DNA of 64,000 nt from Fidelibacterota bacterium (GTDB lineage Bacteria > Fidelibacterota > UBA8477): the NCBI GenBank assembly GCA_021734065.1, contig JAIPJQ010000003.1, positions 1,497 to 65,496 of the forward strand, read 5' to 3'. Under the pieces are notes generated by a model. The model did no database searches. It was given only the letters and a program-made list of their open reading frames with translations, and was not told the DNA's origin. Shown piece after piece: positions 39,151 through 48,881 of this stretch. Each line of letters begins with the position of its first letter. Positions within the stretch are counted from its first letter, which is position 1. The position numbers were made by a program, and so were the translations under genes.

Positions 39151-39229
39151 CGATTCTACATCCTCTGTTCGTGGTCCTGACCGGCGAAATGTCTGTCTGA
39201 ATTATGATAATTGGTCCGAGGAATCTCAT

Positions 39230-39514
39230 TTATCGCGATCTATCCTCTATGATTTTAAATATGGGAAAGGGATCCATTTCTTGTATGAGGACGGAAACCT
39301 CTTTCCGCTCTTCCAGATCCAGATTCGAATAAGCTATGATGTTGTAGCCGTAGATGCGTAGTATACACTTTGTTGGCGTTAATCGCCTGACAATTCTCCC
39401 CGGGATTTCCATCCCCTTCCTTAAGCGATTTAAAAGCGGATTCAATGATCCTTTCACGAAAAATCGTAATGGCTCGCCTGTGTCTGTGCGGTGTTGGCCA
39501 TCCGGTGAGGTCAT
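39230..39514 (-). CDS. hypothetical 94-aa protein, beta-rich
   Basis: ORF with an ATGA overlap to the upstream membrane-protein gene, co-directional with the flagellar genes. I could not assign a domain. Confidence 0.5.
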   Translation of the reverse strand: MTSPDGQHRTDTGEPLRFFVKGSLNPLLNRLRKGMEIPGRIVRRLTPTKCILRIYGYNIIAYSNLDLEERKEVSVLIQEMDPFPIFKIIEDRSR

Positions 39515-40434
39515 GATTCATCTCTCTCCTGCATCCAGATCATTAGTCGTGCCTCGTCATAGGTGATGCCCTGTTGCTTCATGGCCAGTCGAATCTCTGC
39601 GTCCGGATCTTTTCCCTGCACGGATTCGGAGGAATTAAATGGCATCCGCGGCTCCGATGATGGCGCTCCTGGCATCTCGGGATTCACATCCTTTGACGGT
39701 TGCGGATCCTCTACTGTTACCGGTTTGGGCGAAAGATTCTTATCACCGTCCTGACGGCGGGTCAGGCGTACCGCCACCATGATTAATCCGGTTACCAAAA
39801 CGATGATCAATGCTGCCAGCAACATTGCCTTGAGGAATAACGATTTTCCTCTCAGACCGGCAATATAGGCTGATATCCCCCGTGATTTTGACGGAACTGG
39901 TGCGGTGGAGGGAATGACATGGGTTACGCTCGGCTCCACCGGCTTAGGTGATTTCCGGACCGGTGGATTATAAATATTGATGAATATCTGATTCTCATCG
40001 TAAGCATAGAGAGGTTGAACCTTTGAAAAACCGGTGGTCTGGACCGCCAGGGACAGGGTTTGTGAATCAGGAAATGTGGCGCTGAATTTCGCCGGATGTT
40101 CGCCTCTGAATATGCCCCGGGTTCTCTTCTGCAGGCGACTGGTATCCAGTGGTGCGATGACAAGACTGAATTTTTTACCGCCCGAATCCATGATACATGA
40201 CACCAGGGGGGGTGGAAGGGTATCCAGGACACCGGTAATCACGATACGCCTGAATCCGGGGAATTCCTCGGATGATATCCCTGCTTGGATTTGACCCATG
40301 AGAGGGAGTGTTGCAACAAGGAGAAAAATCAATCCTATCCAGATCGACAGGCTCCATCGATGGAGGCAATGGTTTCCGGTGTCAGATTTTGACATCAACA
40401 TGTTGTCCCTTTTTCTTCTTCGGCGCATTTTCAT
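39511..40434 (-). CDS. hypothetical bitopic membrane protein (N-in, about 160-aa periplasmic domain, second TM, Pro/Ser-rich cytoplasmic tail)
   Basis: 307 aa. Basic N-terminus MKMRRRRKR. TM1 WIGLIFLLVATLPL and TM2 AMLLAALIIVLVTGLIMVAV. The start may be one of the internal Met codons at 40401 or 40395. Confidence 0.6.
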   Translation of the reverse strand: MKMRRRRKRDNMLMSKSDTGNHCLHRWSLSIWIGLIFLLVATLPLMGQIQAGISSEEFPGFRRIVITGVLDTLPPPLVSCIMDSGGKKFSLVIAPLDTSRLQKRTRGIFRGEHPAKFSATFPDSQTLSLAVQTTGFSKVQPLYAYDENQIFINIYNPPVRKSPKPVEPSVTHVIPSTAPVPSKSRGISAYIAGLRGKSLFLKAMLLAALIIVLVTGLIMVAVRLTRRQDGDKNLSPKPVTVEDPQPSKDVNPEMPGAPSSEPRMPFNSSESVQGKDPDAEIRLAMKQQGITYDEARLMIWMQERDES

Positions 40435-40696
40435 CGGTCTCCTCGCTGGACTTTATCACCGCTCCACCCTCACTGGCTTCAAAGGCATCTTCCTGTAAAT
40501 TATTGTCGGGGTGTGAAGTATCATGTTGGGGTGAATTTGAGTCTTCCCGCTCTTTCGGGCTCTTCTTACTCTTTGAATCACTGGTATCCTTACCCTGTTT
40601 TGCCTGATTACGCTCACCACCCCGTGATGGTTTTCCTATCGACTGAATGGAATTTGATGCGGATAAGGGGGGTGTGTTTCCAAGCTCGGATGACAT
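40382..40696 (-). CDS. hypothetical 104-aa highly charged, low-complexity protein immediately downstream of fliA
   Basis: Starts 12 nt after the fliA stop. Rich in S/K/E/D/N/P with no hydrophobic core. Coding status is inferred from operon context only. Confidence 0.4.
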   Translation of the reverse strand: MSSELGNTPPLSASNSIQSIGKPSRGGERNQAKQGKDTSDSKSKKSPKEREDSNSPQHDTSHPDNNLQEDAFEASEGGAVIKSSEETDENAPKKKKGQHVDVKI

Positions 40697-40708
40697 GCCG
40701 TCACGCCT

Positions 40709-41551
40709 TTATTTCCGGGTGGGTGCCAAATTTTTCTTCAGCTCCCCCAGGGTCTCCTTGAGGAGCTGGGAAATCCGGGATTCTGACACGCCAAGTACAC
40801 GTCCAATATCAATCAATGTTAATTCTTCATAGTAATAAAGTGCCAGAATCAAACGATTTCTCTCCGGTAACCTGGCGATTAGCTGTTTTAATTCTTCTTT
40901 TAATCCCATGGCAATGAATTCCTCTTCAGGTGAAAGCTGATCTTCATCAACGACCAGATCTTTCCGTACAACCGTCTCTGTTTCATCTTTAAATATTTCA
41001 TCATCGAGCGAAACGGATTGTTGCTGCCAAATCAGCATCCGTATCGATTCATAATCCCGGGCGGTGAGACCCATTTTTTCCTGAACTTCCGCATGGGTCG
41101 GTTCACGCCCCAGCTCGTTGCTTAAGGATTCCTGGGTATCCAATAAAATTCTAACCTGTTTGGATTGGGAGCGGGTAAGGACACCCGTTTTTCGTACGGC
41201 ATCAATAATTTCACCCTGGATTCTGAGATAAGCAAAGGTCTTGAACGTGGTGTGATGCCCCGCTTGATATCTTTCGAGCGCGTCCAGTAATCCCAGGATG
41301 CCCGAATGATACATGTCCTCCATCTGAAGGGCACCGGTTTGTGGCAGATGAATCCGCTTAATAATGTGTTTCACTAACGGCAGAAAGGCCCGCACGGCCT
41401 GGTCTTTGGTTTCACTGGTTGGATTGGCGAGATAAGCTTTCACCCATGCTTCACCATCCAATTCCTGCCGGCCGGCAATCACGCTTGGCCGGCCACCCGA
41501 TTCCACTGCAGAATCTGCAGCCTGTTGAAAATATGCGGAGCGGTGTTTCAC
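40709..41551 (-). CDS. fliA: flagellar sigma factor FliA (sigma-28)
   Basis: 280 aa. Region 2 (DMYHSGILGLLDALERY), region 3 and region 4.2 HTH (ELTLIDIGRVLGVSESRISQL). Follows flhF-flhG. Confidence 0.9.
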   Translation of the reverse strand: MKHRSAYFQQAADSAVESGGRPSVIAGRQELDGEAWVKAYLANPTSETKDQAVRAFLPLVKHIIKRIHLPQTGALQMEDMYHSGILGLLDALERYQAGHHTTFKTFAYLRIQGEIIDAVRKTGVLTRSQSKQVRILLDTQESLSNELGREPTHAEVQEKMGLTARDYESIRMLIWQQQSVSLDDEIFKDETETVVRKDLVVDEDQLSPEEEFIAMGLKEELKQLIARLPERNRLILALYYYEELTLIDIGRVLGVSESRISQLLKETLGELKKNLAPTRK

Positions 41552-41559
41552 GATTCAGA

Positions 41560-41754
41560 TCAATCCTTTATTTTTTCACGGGTAACGAACATGCCCAACT
41601 GAAAAAGCTGACCGGCAATAAAAAATGCGAAGAGAACGCCAACGAACACCACGCCAGTGCGAACCAAGCTGGTCCATAAAGAAATTCCGCCGAGGAGACA
41701 GGCTATCAGCGCGACCATCGCGACCAGGCTCGCGATACGATAAATCACCTTCAT
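41560..41754 (-). CDS. hypothetical 64-aa two-TM membrane protein
   Basis: ATGA overlap with the flhG stop; its own stop codon lies 8 nt before the fliA start. Two hydrophobic helices (IASLVAMVALIACLLGGISLW, VVFVGVLFAFFIAGQLF). Confidence 0.5.
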   Translation of the reverse strand: MKVIYRIASLVAMVALIACLLGGISLWTSLVRTGVVFVGVLFAFFIAGQLFQLGMFVTREKIKD

Positions 41755-42644
41755 ACTTCACCACCGCCGATCTGAAAATCCCGGTACTTGTACACTCCCT
41801 CGAAAAGGTTGGTTCGCCGGGATTGGGATCCGTTGGATGCCTCCATGATCTTGCGTGTTATAAACCGGATGGCTTTGGCTGGTGGAGAATTCGGGTCGGT
41901 CTGCAGGAGGGGTTGTTGATTTCTCACGGCCCAGGCGATGCGTGAATCTTGAAGGATCGATCCGATATATATTAGCGAATGGGAGAGGAAACGCTGGGTC
42001 ATGAGATTCATTTTGTGATAGATGGTCTGACCCTCATTTTCATTTGCCACCATGTTCAGCACCAGCATGACGGCAGCGTCCGATCGATTCCGCGTAATTA
42101 ATTTAATCATCCCATAGGCATCGGTGAGAGAGGCCGGGTCCGGCGTGGCAACAACAATGCTTTTATCGGCACTGAATACAAAGGATAAAACCTGAGTGGA
42201 AATTCCGGCTGCTGTATCCACCAGCACAATGTCATAGTTCTGCTGAAACCTGGAGTAGGAAGAAATGATATCCCGGAAAACATTCTGCTTTGTCTCCAAT
42301 AGATCAACGACCGCCGAAGCTGCCGGTAAAATGTCAAAATCTCCCGGAGCACGAAAAATGATCTCCTTCAGGGTTTTGGTACCCTCCAAGACATCCGCTA
42401 TGGTGAATTTCGTGCGAATTCCCATGAGCAGGTCCACATTCCCCAGGTGGATATCCGCATCAATAAGCAGAACCCGGTATCCCATTCTCGCCAGGACACT
42501 GGCCATGTTTACGGAAAGATTGGTTTTCCCCACACCACCCTTGCCGCTTGTGACTGCCCACACTTCCGGACGAATCCGGTCAACAGCTCTGGTGCCGGTG
42601 CTTGAATTAATGGACATTTGATTCACGCAAATTTCCATAACCAC
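41751..42644 (-). CDS. flhG: MinD/ParA-type ATPase FlhG (FleN/YlxH)
   Basis: 297 aa. Deviant Walker A TSGKGGVGKT. Downstream of flhF. Confidence 0.88.
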   Translation of the reverse strand: MVMEICVNQMSINSSTGTRAVDRIRPEVWAVTSGKGGVGKTNLSVNMASVLARMGYRVLLIDADIHLGNVDLLMGIRTKFTIADVLEGTKTLKEIIFRAPGDFDILPAASAVVDLLETKQNVFRDIISSYSRFQQNYDIVLVDTAAGISTQVLSFVFSADKSIVVATPDPASLTDAYGMIKLITRNRSDAAVMLVLNMVANENEGQTIYHKMNLMTQRFLSHSLIYIGSILQDSRIAWAVRNQQPLLQTDPNSPPAKAIRFITRKIMEASNGSQSRRTNLFEGVYKYRDFQIGGGEV

Positions 42645-42662
42645 TTTTGTGTTGCTTCAGGT

Positions 42663-43901
42663 TCAGGTTGAGTGTTCTGTTTCATTAATGATCTCCTGGT
42701 CAGTAAATAATTGAAGTTTGAAGGGTTTATATCGCCCGGTCACCTCTTGACCATCACAGGCAAAAACCACCGGCAACGACAAGGTCTTTGAAAGGGAAAT
42801 AACCTTGCCCGGACGAGTGGTTTCATCAAATTTTGTCGCGATCATACCGGTAGGTTTTAGAACGGAGAATCGTTCTCCACTTGCATACATATCCTCCAGG
42901 TCAGAACGCATATCAAAAACCACGTAGGATTCTGTCGGCTGAATGATCTGTAGCATGTGTCTCAGATTTCTTATGTAGTTGGGAAAGTTGGGGCTTCGTC
43001 CCGGGGTATCCACTAATATCACCTGCTTGTCACTCCAAAGGTTTAACAACTCCGATAGTGATTCCTCATCGGTAACGGTTGCTTCGGCAATCCCTGTAAG
43101 ACGACAAAATGTATTCAATGCCTTTCCGGCACCCATCCCATATGCATCCAATGAGAGAATACCGATGGAATCAATAGGCGCCATGGCCGGGTGCAGCGCA
43201 ATTTTCATCAGGGTTGTGGTCTTACCCACTCCGGGAGATCCAACAAAGGACAGAACACGCTGTCCTTCTCCCAACAGTATATCCGTCACGCGTTCATGCG
43301 GGGTGAAGGGGAAAACTTCTCGCCGGAGTGCCTGCCGGATATCAGCCGGATCAGGCTCCCGCCGATCACGAAATTCCGTCTGAACCATCCCGATGAATTC
43401 CAAAGCATCCTTCTGATCCATCCCCAGCCGGGTCATATTTTCAAACATGCCCGCGTAAGCACCTTGCAGGTTGGGTTGTACTATCCGGGCCAGTAGTCCG
43501 TGAAGATCATGGATCTGGCCGCGAAGCAACTCTACTTCAACCCTGGATTCCGGTTCCGGGCTTACCGGACGGACAGGCTCATTCTCTAAACTGGCTTTAA
43601 AAAAGGGGTGAAACGACTGATTTTCCCGGGTGACTTCCGGGATATCAGCACCGGCCTTTTCCTGTGTAGGCCATTGATAGGCATCCATTGCCTGTCTGCG
43701 CTGGGCGGCCTGTTTTGAATCAAACCCTACGGTTATCCGGGTGGTGTGATTTTCATCGTAATCGGGATCCCGTGGTGATAGCGTCTGGGTCTCCAACAGC
43801 ACAATGTCGTTTCCAAAAATGGACTTGGCCCGGGCCATGGCATCGTGCAGGGACCGACCCATAATTTGCTCATACTGCATGGGGCATCTCCACCATTCCA
43901 A
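42663..43901 (-). CDS. flhF: SRP-type GTPase FlhF
   Basis: 412 aa. G1 GSPGVGKTTT, G3 VDTPGRS, ATKFDET. The start may be an internal Met, because the ORF overlaps flhA by 32 nt. Confidence 0.88.
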   Translation of the reverse strand: MEWWRCPMQYEQIMGRSLHDAMARAKSIFGNDIVLLETQTLSPRDPDYDENHTTRITVGFDSKQAAQRRQAMDAYQWPTQEKAGADIPEVTRENQSFHPFFKASLENEPVRPVSPEPESRVEVELLRGQIHDLHGLLARIVQPNLQGAYAGMFENMTRLGMDQKDALEFIGMVQTEFRDRREPDPADIRQALRREVFPFTPHERVTDILLGEGQRVLSFVGSPGVGKTTTLMKIALHPAMAPIDSIGILSLDAYGMGAGKALNTFCRLTGIAEATVTDEESLSELLNLWSDKQVILVDTPGRSPNFPNYIRNLRHMLQIIQPTESYVVFDMRSDLEDMYASGERFSVLKPTGMIATKFDETTRPGKVISLSKTLSLPVVFACDGQEVTGRYKPFKLQLFTDQEIINETEHST

Positions 43902-45942
43902 CCGACTTTAAATTGGTATCCGCAGTCAGTTCAGAGTAGGACAGGATAAACAGTCCGGGCAAGACCGGTTCGATAAGTTTTCGGAAATGACGGCGAATCT
44001 GCGGTGATACCAAAACGATGGGCTTACTACCCGAAGCCACGATTTTTTCCACCTTTTCCGCCAGTGACTCAAAAAGTTTATTCAATTGCTGGGGTGATAA
44101 CCCCAGATTTTTTAACTGTCCATTAGACTTTTTAACCGCGTCGGCAACCGCATCTTCCAGCCGTGGATCCAGGGTCGTCACCATGATTTGACCATTGCCA
44201 CCAAAATAGGCCGTGATCGTTTCTGACAGGGCGGAACGAACATATTCAGTCAGCAGTTCCGGATCTTTGGTGAACGGTACATAGTCAGCGATAGCCTCCA
44301 GAATCGTCACCAGGTTGCGAATAGGAATCTTTTCCCTCAGAAGATTTTTTAATATCTGTGAGATAACACCCAGTGATACCATTTCGGGAACCAGACCGTC
44401 GACTACGGCTGTGTGACTTTCTTTCAGATGATCCAGCATGTGCCGTGTTTCCTGGCGATTGATAAACCGAAACGATTGGTTTTTCAAGACTTCCATGAGA
44501 TGCGTGGCAATCACTGCCGGAGGTTCCACCACCGTATTGCCGGCCAATTCCGCCTGCTCCCGAACAGTTTCTGAAATCCATTTTGCCGGGAGTCCGAACG
44601 TGGGTTCAATGGTATCGACTCCCTCGAACGCCTCGTCTTCACCCGTATTGAGCAACAGATAGGAATTCATCATGACTTCGCCACGCGTCACCTCCACCCC
44701 GTAGAGCTTGAAGATGTATTCATTGGATCGAAGCTGAATATTGTCCCGAATCCGAATTGGCGGAATGATCACACCTAATTCAAGCGCCAGACTTCTGCGA
44801 ATCGTTGTAATCCGATTGAGAAGATTCCCCCCCTGACCGGCATCCACCAGCGGTATCAGGCTATACCCGATCTCAATTTCAAAGGCATCGGGGTGGATCA
44901 GTTCCTCGATTTTCTCCTCCTGAACCTGCTCCACAGCTTCTTCCCCGGCCTGATCCATGAGGAGCTGTTGTTTTTGACTGTTCTCCATAGCGTAACCACC
45001 CACACCCAACGCACCGGCAATCAGGGCAAATGGAATGAAGGGCATCCCCGGAATAATTCCCATACCACCCAAGATCACCGCACTTACAATAACAGCACGG
45101 GGCTGTTTAGAAATCTGATTGGTGATATCAGAGCCCAGATTGGATTCGGAGGTCGCGCGGGTAATGATGATACCGGCGGATGTTGAGATAATAAGGGCTG
45201 GAATTTGTGCCAGTAAGCCATCGCCAATTGTGAGCAGCATATAAATACTGGCGGCTTCGGAGAGTGGTAACCCGCGCTGCATCACCCCGATTGTCAATCC
45301 ACCAACAATATTGACCAGTGTGATGAGTAGACCGGCGATGGCATCACCACGGACAAATTTCGCGGCACCGTCCATGGCACCATAGAAATCGGCTTCTCTG
45401 GAAATTTCGGAACGCCGGGCCTGGGCGTCACGATCATCGATGAGTCCGGCATTCAGGTCGGCATCGATGGCCATCTGTTTACCCGGTAAAGCATCCAGGG
45501 TAAACCGGGCAGATACCTCGGCAATTCGGGTGGAGCCTTTGGTGATGACCACAAAGTTGATAATAACCAGAATGATGAAAATGACAGCACCAACAACGTA
45601 ATTCCCCTGTACGACAAATCCCCCGAAGGTCTCAATAATTTCACCTGCATAACTGCGGCTCAGGATCAATCGCGTGGTGGCCACATTAAGTGAGAGACGA
45701 AAAAGCGTAATAATTAAAAGCAGACCCGGAAATACAGAGAACTCCAGCGGCCGGTAGATATAGAGCGATACAAATAAAATAATGAGTGCGCTCATGAGGT
45801 TCATGGCCAACAGAGCATCCATCATAAATGAGGGCAGGGGCAGCACCATGACACCCAGGATCAATACAATCCCGCCGGCCAGAACAAGGTTGCTGTTCTT
45901 GGACAGTTGAGTCAATTCGCGGGTTGTATCTTCAATACTCAT
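43870..45942 (-). CDS. flhA: flagellar export gate protein FlhA
   Basis: 690 aa. Eight-TM N-terminal domain, FHIPEP-like loop (RIAEVSARFTLDALPGKQMAIDADL) and a cytoplasmic C-terminal domain. Confidence 0.95.
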   Translation of the reverse strand: MSIEDTTRELTQLSKNSNLVLAGGIVLILGVMVLPLPSFMMDALLAMNLMSALIILFVSLYIYRPLEFSVFPGLLLIITLFRLSLNVATTRLILSRSYAGEIIETFGGFVVQGNYVVGAVIFIILVIINFVVITKGSTRIAEVSARFTLDALPGKQMAIDADLNAGLIDDRDAQARRSEISREADFYGAMDGAAKFVRGDAIAGLLITLVNIVGGLTIGVMQRGLPLSEAASIYMLLTIGDGLLAQIPALIISTSAGIIITRATSESNLGSDITNQISKQPRAVIVSAVILGGMGIIPGMPFIPFALIAGALGVGGYAMENSQKQQLLMDQAGEEAVEQVQEEKIEELIHPDAFEIEIGYSLIPLVDAGQGGNLLNRITTIRRSLALELGVIIPPIRIRDNIQLRSNEYIFKLYGVEVTRGEVMMNSYLLLNTGEDEAFEGVDTIEPTFGLPAKWISETVREQAELAGNTVVEPPAVIATHLMEVLKNQSFRFINRQETRHMLDHLKESHTAVVDGLVPEMVSLGVISQILKNLLREKIPIRNLVTILEAIADYVPFTKDPELLTEYVRSALSETITAYFGGNGQIMVTTLDPRLEDAVADAVKKSNGQLKNLGLSPQQLNKLFESLAEKVEKIVASGSKPIVLVSPQIRRHFRKLIEPVLPGLFILSYSELTADTNLKSVGMVEMPHAV

Positions 45943-45957
45943 TTATTCGGCACGCGA

Positions 45958-47037
45958 TCAGGCAAAATTCACCTTCCCCTGTTTCATTCGATAAACCTGG
46001 GCCAGGACCTCAGCCACAATCTGATAAAATTCCACCGGAATCTCTCCGCCCACCTCGGTTGTTACAAACAGGTGGCGGGCCAGGGGTTTATTCTGAATGA
46101 CCGGAATATTGTGTTCATTGGCAATGGCAATAATACGCTGGGCAATTTTGCGCTTTCCTTTGGCGACAACGATGGGAGCACCCTCCGTCGTGATGGATTG
46201 ATAACTCAGCGCAATGGCTATATGGGTTGGATTGGTAACCACCACGGCGGCTTCAGGCACGGCATCCATCATCCGTCTCCGGGCGGAAGCCCGCATCATG
46301 GACCGCATCTTCCCTTTAGTCTCGCCGCTGCCTTCGTATTGCTTTGTTTCGTCTTTCACTTCCTGCTTGGTCATGCGAAGATTTTTCTGGTAATCATATT
46401 TCTGATATAGAAAATCCGCTACAGCCAGGACGGCCAGGGCCAATCCAATTTTCAAGGCCATTTCAAAAATGACTTCTCCAAAGAAAAACAAAGCCTTATC
46501 GATGGTAAGGTGAGAAAGGTGGATAAAGGCATCCAAATGTTTATTAATGACCAAGTAAGCCAGCCAGGCAACAATGCCCAGCTTGACAAAACCTTTAACC
46601 GTTTCAACCAGTGACCGGGTGGAGAAAATCCGCTTAAATCCGGCGGCAGGGTTGATCTTTGACCAGGCTGGAATCAGTGCTTTGGAGGCAAAATTTATCC
46701 CGACCTGGCTGATATTCGCCAGCACACCCCCAACAACAATGAGCAGAAATAACGGCAGAACCACCTTTTGGAGGAGAGCGAACATGGCGCTGGTTTGATT
46801 CATAATCCGCTCGGTATTTCCGTCGATAAAGCGGATCTGCTGGTAGGTCTGACGCATAAAACCATTGAGACCTTCCAAAGCACCCGCGCTGACAAAATAG
46901 AGTGCGGTGATTCCCATCAGCAGAACGACGGCAGAGTTAAACTCCGCGCTCTTTGCCACATTTCCCTTCTCCCGAGCCTCTTCCAGCTTTTTAGGGGATG
47001 CCGGTTCCGTCTTATCCGATACGGGTTTCTCAGCCAA
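45958..47037 (-). CDS. flhB: flagellar export switch protein FlhB
   Basis: 359 aa. Autocleavage motif NPTH (VVVTNPTHIAIAL). Confidence 0.95.
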   Translation of the reverse strand: MAEKPVSDKTEPASPKKLEEAREKGNVAKSAEFNSAVVLLMGITALYFVSAGALEGLNGFMRQTYQQIRFIDGNTERIMNQTSAMFALLQKVVLPLFLLIVVGGVLANISQVGINFASKALIPAWSKINPAAGFKRIFSTRSLVETVKGFVKLGIVAWLAYLVINKHLDAFIHLSHLTIDKALFFFGEVIFEMALKIGLALAVLAVADFLYQKYDYQKNLRMTKQEVKDETKQYEGSGETKGKMRSMMRASARRRMMDAVPEAAVVVTNPTHIAIALSYQSITTEGAPIVVAKGKRKIAQRIIAIANEHNIPVIQNKPLARHLFVTTEVGGEIPVEFYQIVAEVLAQVYRMKQGKVNFA

Positions 47038-47040
47038 AGC

Positions 47041-47853
47041 TCAGACTCCTCCCAACTGTCTTGCCATTGTTCCGATGTACACATACATCTCGTGAAACAG
47101 GCTGTCAAACAGGGATTGAAAAATATCTACTGAAATAATCATGACGATAAAACCGATGCCAATTTTCAAGGGCAGAGTCACAAAAAAGACGTTCATCTGG
47201 GGCATGACCCGGGCCAGGAAGGCAAAAGCGGTATCGAGTAACAGCAGAAAGATCATTGCAGGCAAACTCAGCTTTACAGCATAGATCAGCGACTTGGACA
47301 TAACCCTCACTACGGTTTCTCCAGCGGCGGCCGGAAAAGCCCCCTGCCCCAGTGGCAACAGATTAAAATTATCATAGAGAGTGACCACCAACATGTGATG
47401 CGTATTGGTGACAAACAGAAGTGACACCATGATCAAAAACCAGAATTGGCTGTAAATAGGTTGTTGCTGCTGACTGCTGGGATCCATCACATTGGCGATG
47501 GCCATGCCGAGCTGGCGGGCGATGAGACCGCCGGCCATACTGAACGATTCAAAGAGAATATTGGCGCCCACCCCGATCAACATGCCAAAGAGAATTTCCC
47601 GCCCAACCAACAAAAAGAGCGCGAGTGGTTGAATGATTCCCAGGTTCGGTTCCGGTAGGATCGATACCAGCACAAAACTGAGCACGACGGCAAAAAGAAT
47701 ACGCACCTGATTGGGGATCAGGGACGCGCTTAACACCGGCATTGTCATCAACATGGCTGATATCCGGGCAAAGATCAACATGAACTGGGGAATGCTCTGA
47801 TAATATTGCTGGATCAGATCCATCGTGCTAGGGTTGGACTCCAATAGTCGCAA
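47041..47853 (-). CDS. fliR: flagellar export apparatus protein FliR
   Basis: 270-aa polytopic membrane ORF. The likely true start is Met-11 (47823), which removes the overlap with fliQ. Confidence 0.88.
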   Translation of the reverse strand: MRLLESNPSTMDLIQQYYQSIPQFMLIFARISAMLMTMPVLSASLIPNQVRILFAVVLSFVLVSILPEPNLGIIQPLALFLLVGREILFGMLIGVGANILFESFSMAGGLIARQLGMAIANVMDPSSQQQQPIYSQFWFLIMVSLLFVTNTHHMLVVTLYDNFNLLPLGQGAFPAAAGETVVRVMSKSLIYAVKLSLPAMIFLLLLDTAFAFLARVMPQMNVFFVTLPLKIGIGFIVMIISVDIFQSLFDSLFHEMYVYIGTMARQLGGV

Positions 47854-48112
47854 TCTGGTTGAATATTTCCTGGGTGAAGGAAATCAACACATCCAGGAAC
47901 CAGGGTGTGAGAATCATCAATATCAAGCCCACCACTGTGATCTTGGGGATGAAAGTGAGGGTCATCTCCTGGATTGAGGTTACCGCCTGGAAAATTCCCA
48001 CCAGCAAACCAACGGTGAGACCGGCTCCCAATATGGGTGCCAGGACATAGACGGTGGTTTTCAGTGTTTCTTTACTGATATACAGTACAAAATCTACAGT
48101 CATTTTAAACAA
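47828..48112 (-). CDS. fliQ: flagellar export apparatus protein FliQ
   Basis: About 90 aa with two TM helices (LAPILGAGLTVGLLVGIFQAVTSIQEMTLTFIPK). Confidence 0.9.
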   Translation of the reverse strand: MFKMTVDFVLYISKETLKTTVYVLAPILGAGLTVGLLVGIFQAVTSIQEMTLTFIPKITVVGLILMILTPWFLDVLISFTQEIFNQIATIGVQP

Positions 48113-48881
48113 ATCCTTTTACCAGCGACTCCATGATCAGATACCAACCGTCCACCAGAACGAACAGTAAAATCTTAAAAGGCATGGAAATCATGATTGG
48201 AGGGAGCATCATCATACCCATGGAGAGCAGCAGGCTCGCCACGATCATGTCAATCACCAACATGGGCAGGTAGAGTAAAAACCCAATCTGGAATGACGTT
48301 TTCAATTCACTGATGATGAATGCGGGAATAATGGTCGTGATCGGCAAATCGTCAACCGATTCGGGTTTTGCTTCACCTGAAAGATCAACGAACAATCCAA
48401 GATCCTTCTCCCGCGTATGGTTCAGCATGAATACGGCAATGGGCTTTCTGGCTTTTTGGAGTGCCTCTTTCTGGGTGATCTCCTCTTCCATTAATGGCTG
48501 CCAGGCATTTTCATAAACGTCATTGAACACCGGTTTCATAATGAAAAAGGTGATAAATAAGGCAAGGCTCACCAGGACCTGATTGGATGGCGTGCTCTGG
48601 GCCGCCAGTGCGGCTCGCAAAAAGTGAAACACCACAATCAGCCGGGTGAACGAGGTCATCATGATTAAAATCGATGGTGCCAGAGAGAGAACGGTCAGCA
48701 GTGCCAGGATTTGGATGGAGAGAGAAAATTCTCCCGGCTCTGTCGCTTCACCTACACTCAAATTCAATGAGGGAAGAGTTGACTGCGCGGAGAGCAGAGC
48801 AGGTACGATCAACAGCAACAGGAATAGAATCCACCTGGTGCGTGTCTGTCTTCGCTCCGGCTTCTGCAATGTTTGAATCAT
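48105..48881 (-). CDS. fliP: flagellar export apparatus protein FliP
   Basis: 258 aa. Signal-like N-terminus and conserved FliP core (ILIMMTSFTRLIVVFHFLRAAL..., FLLYLPMLVIDMIVASLLLSMGMMMLPP). Confidence 0.95.
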   Translation of the reverse strand: MIQTLQKPERRQTRTRWILFLLLLIVPALLSAQSTLPSLNLSVGEATEPGEFSLSIQILALLTVLSLAPSILIMMTSFTRLIVVFHFLRAALAAQSTPSNQVLVSLALFITFFIMKPVFNDVYENAWQPLMEEEITQKEALQKARKPIAVFMLNHTREKDLGLFVDLSGEAKPESVDDLPITTIIPAFIISELKTSFQIGFLLYLPMLVIDMIVASLLLSMGMMMLPPIMISMPFKILLFVLVDGWYLIMESLVKGFV

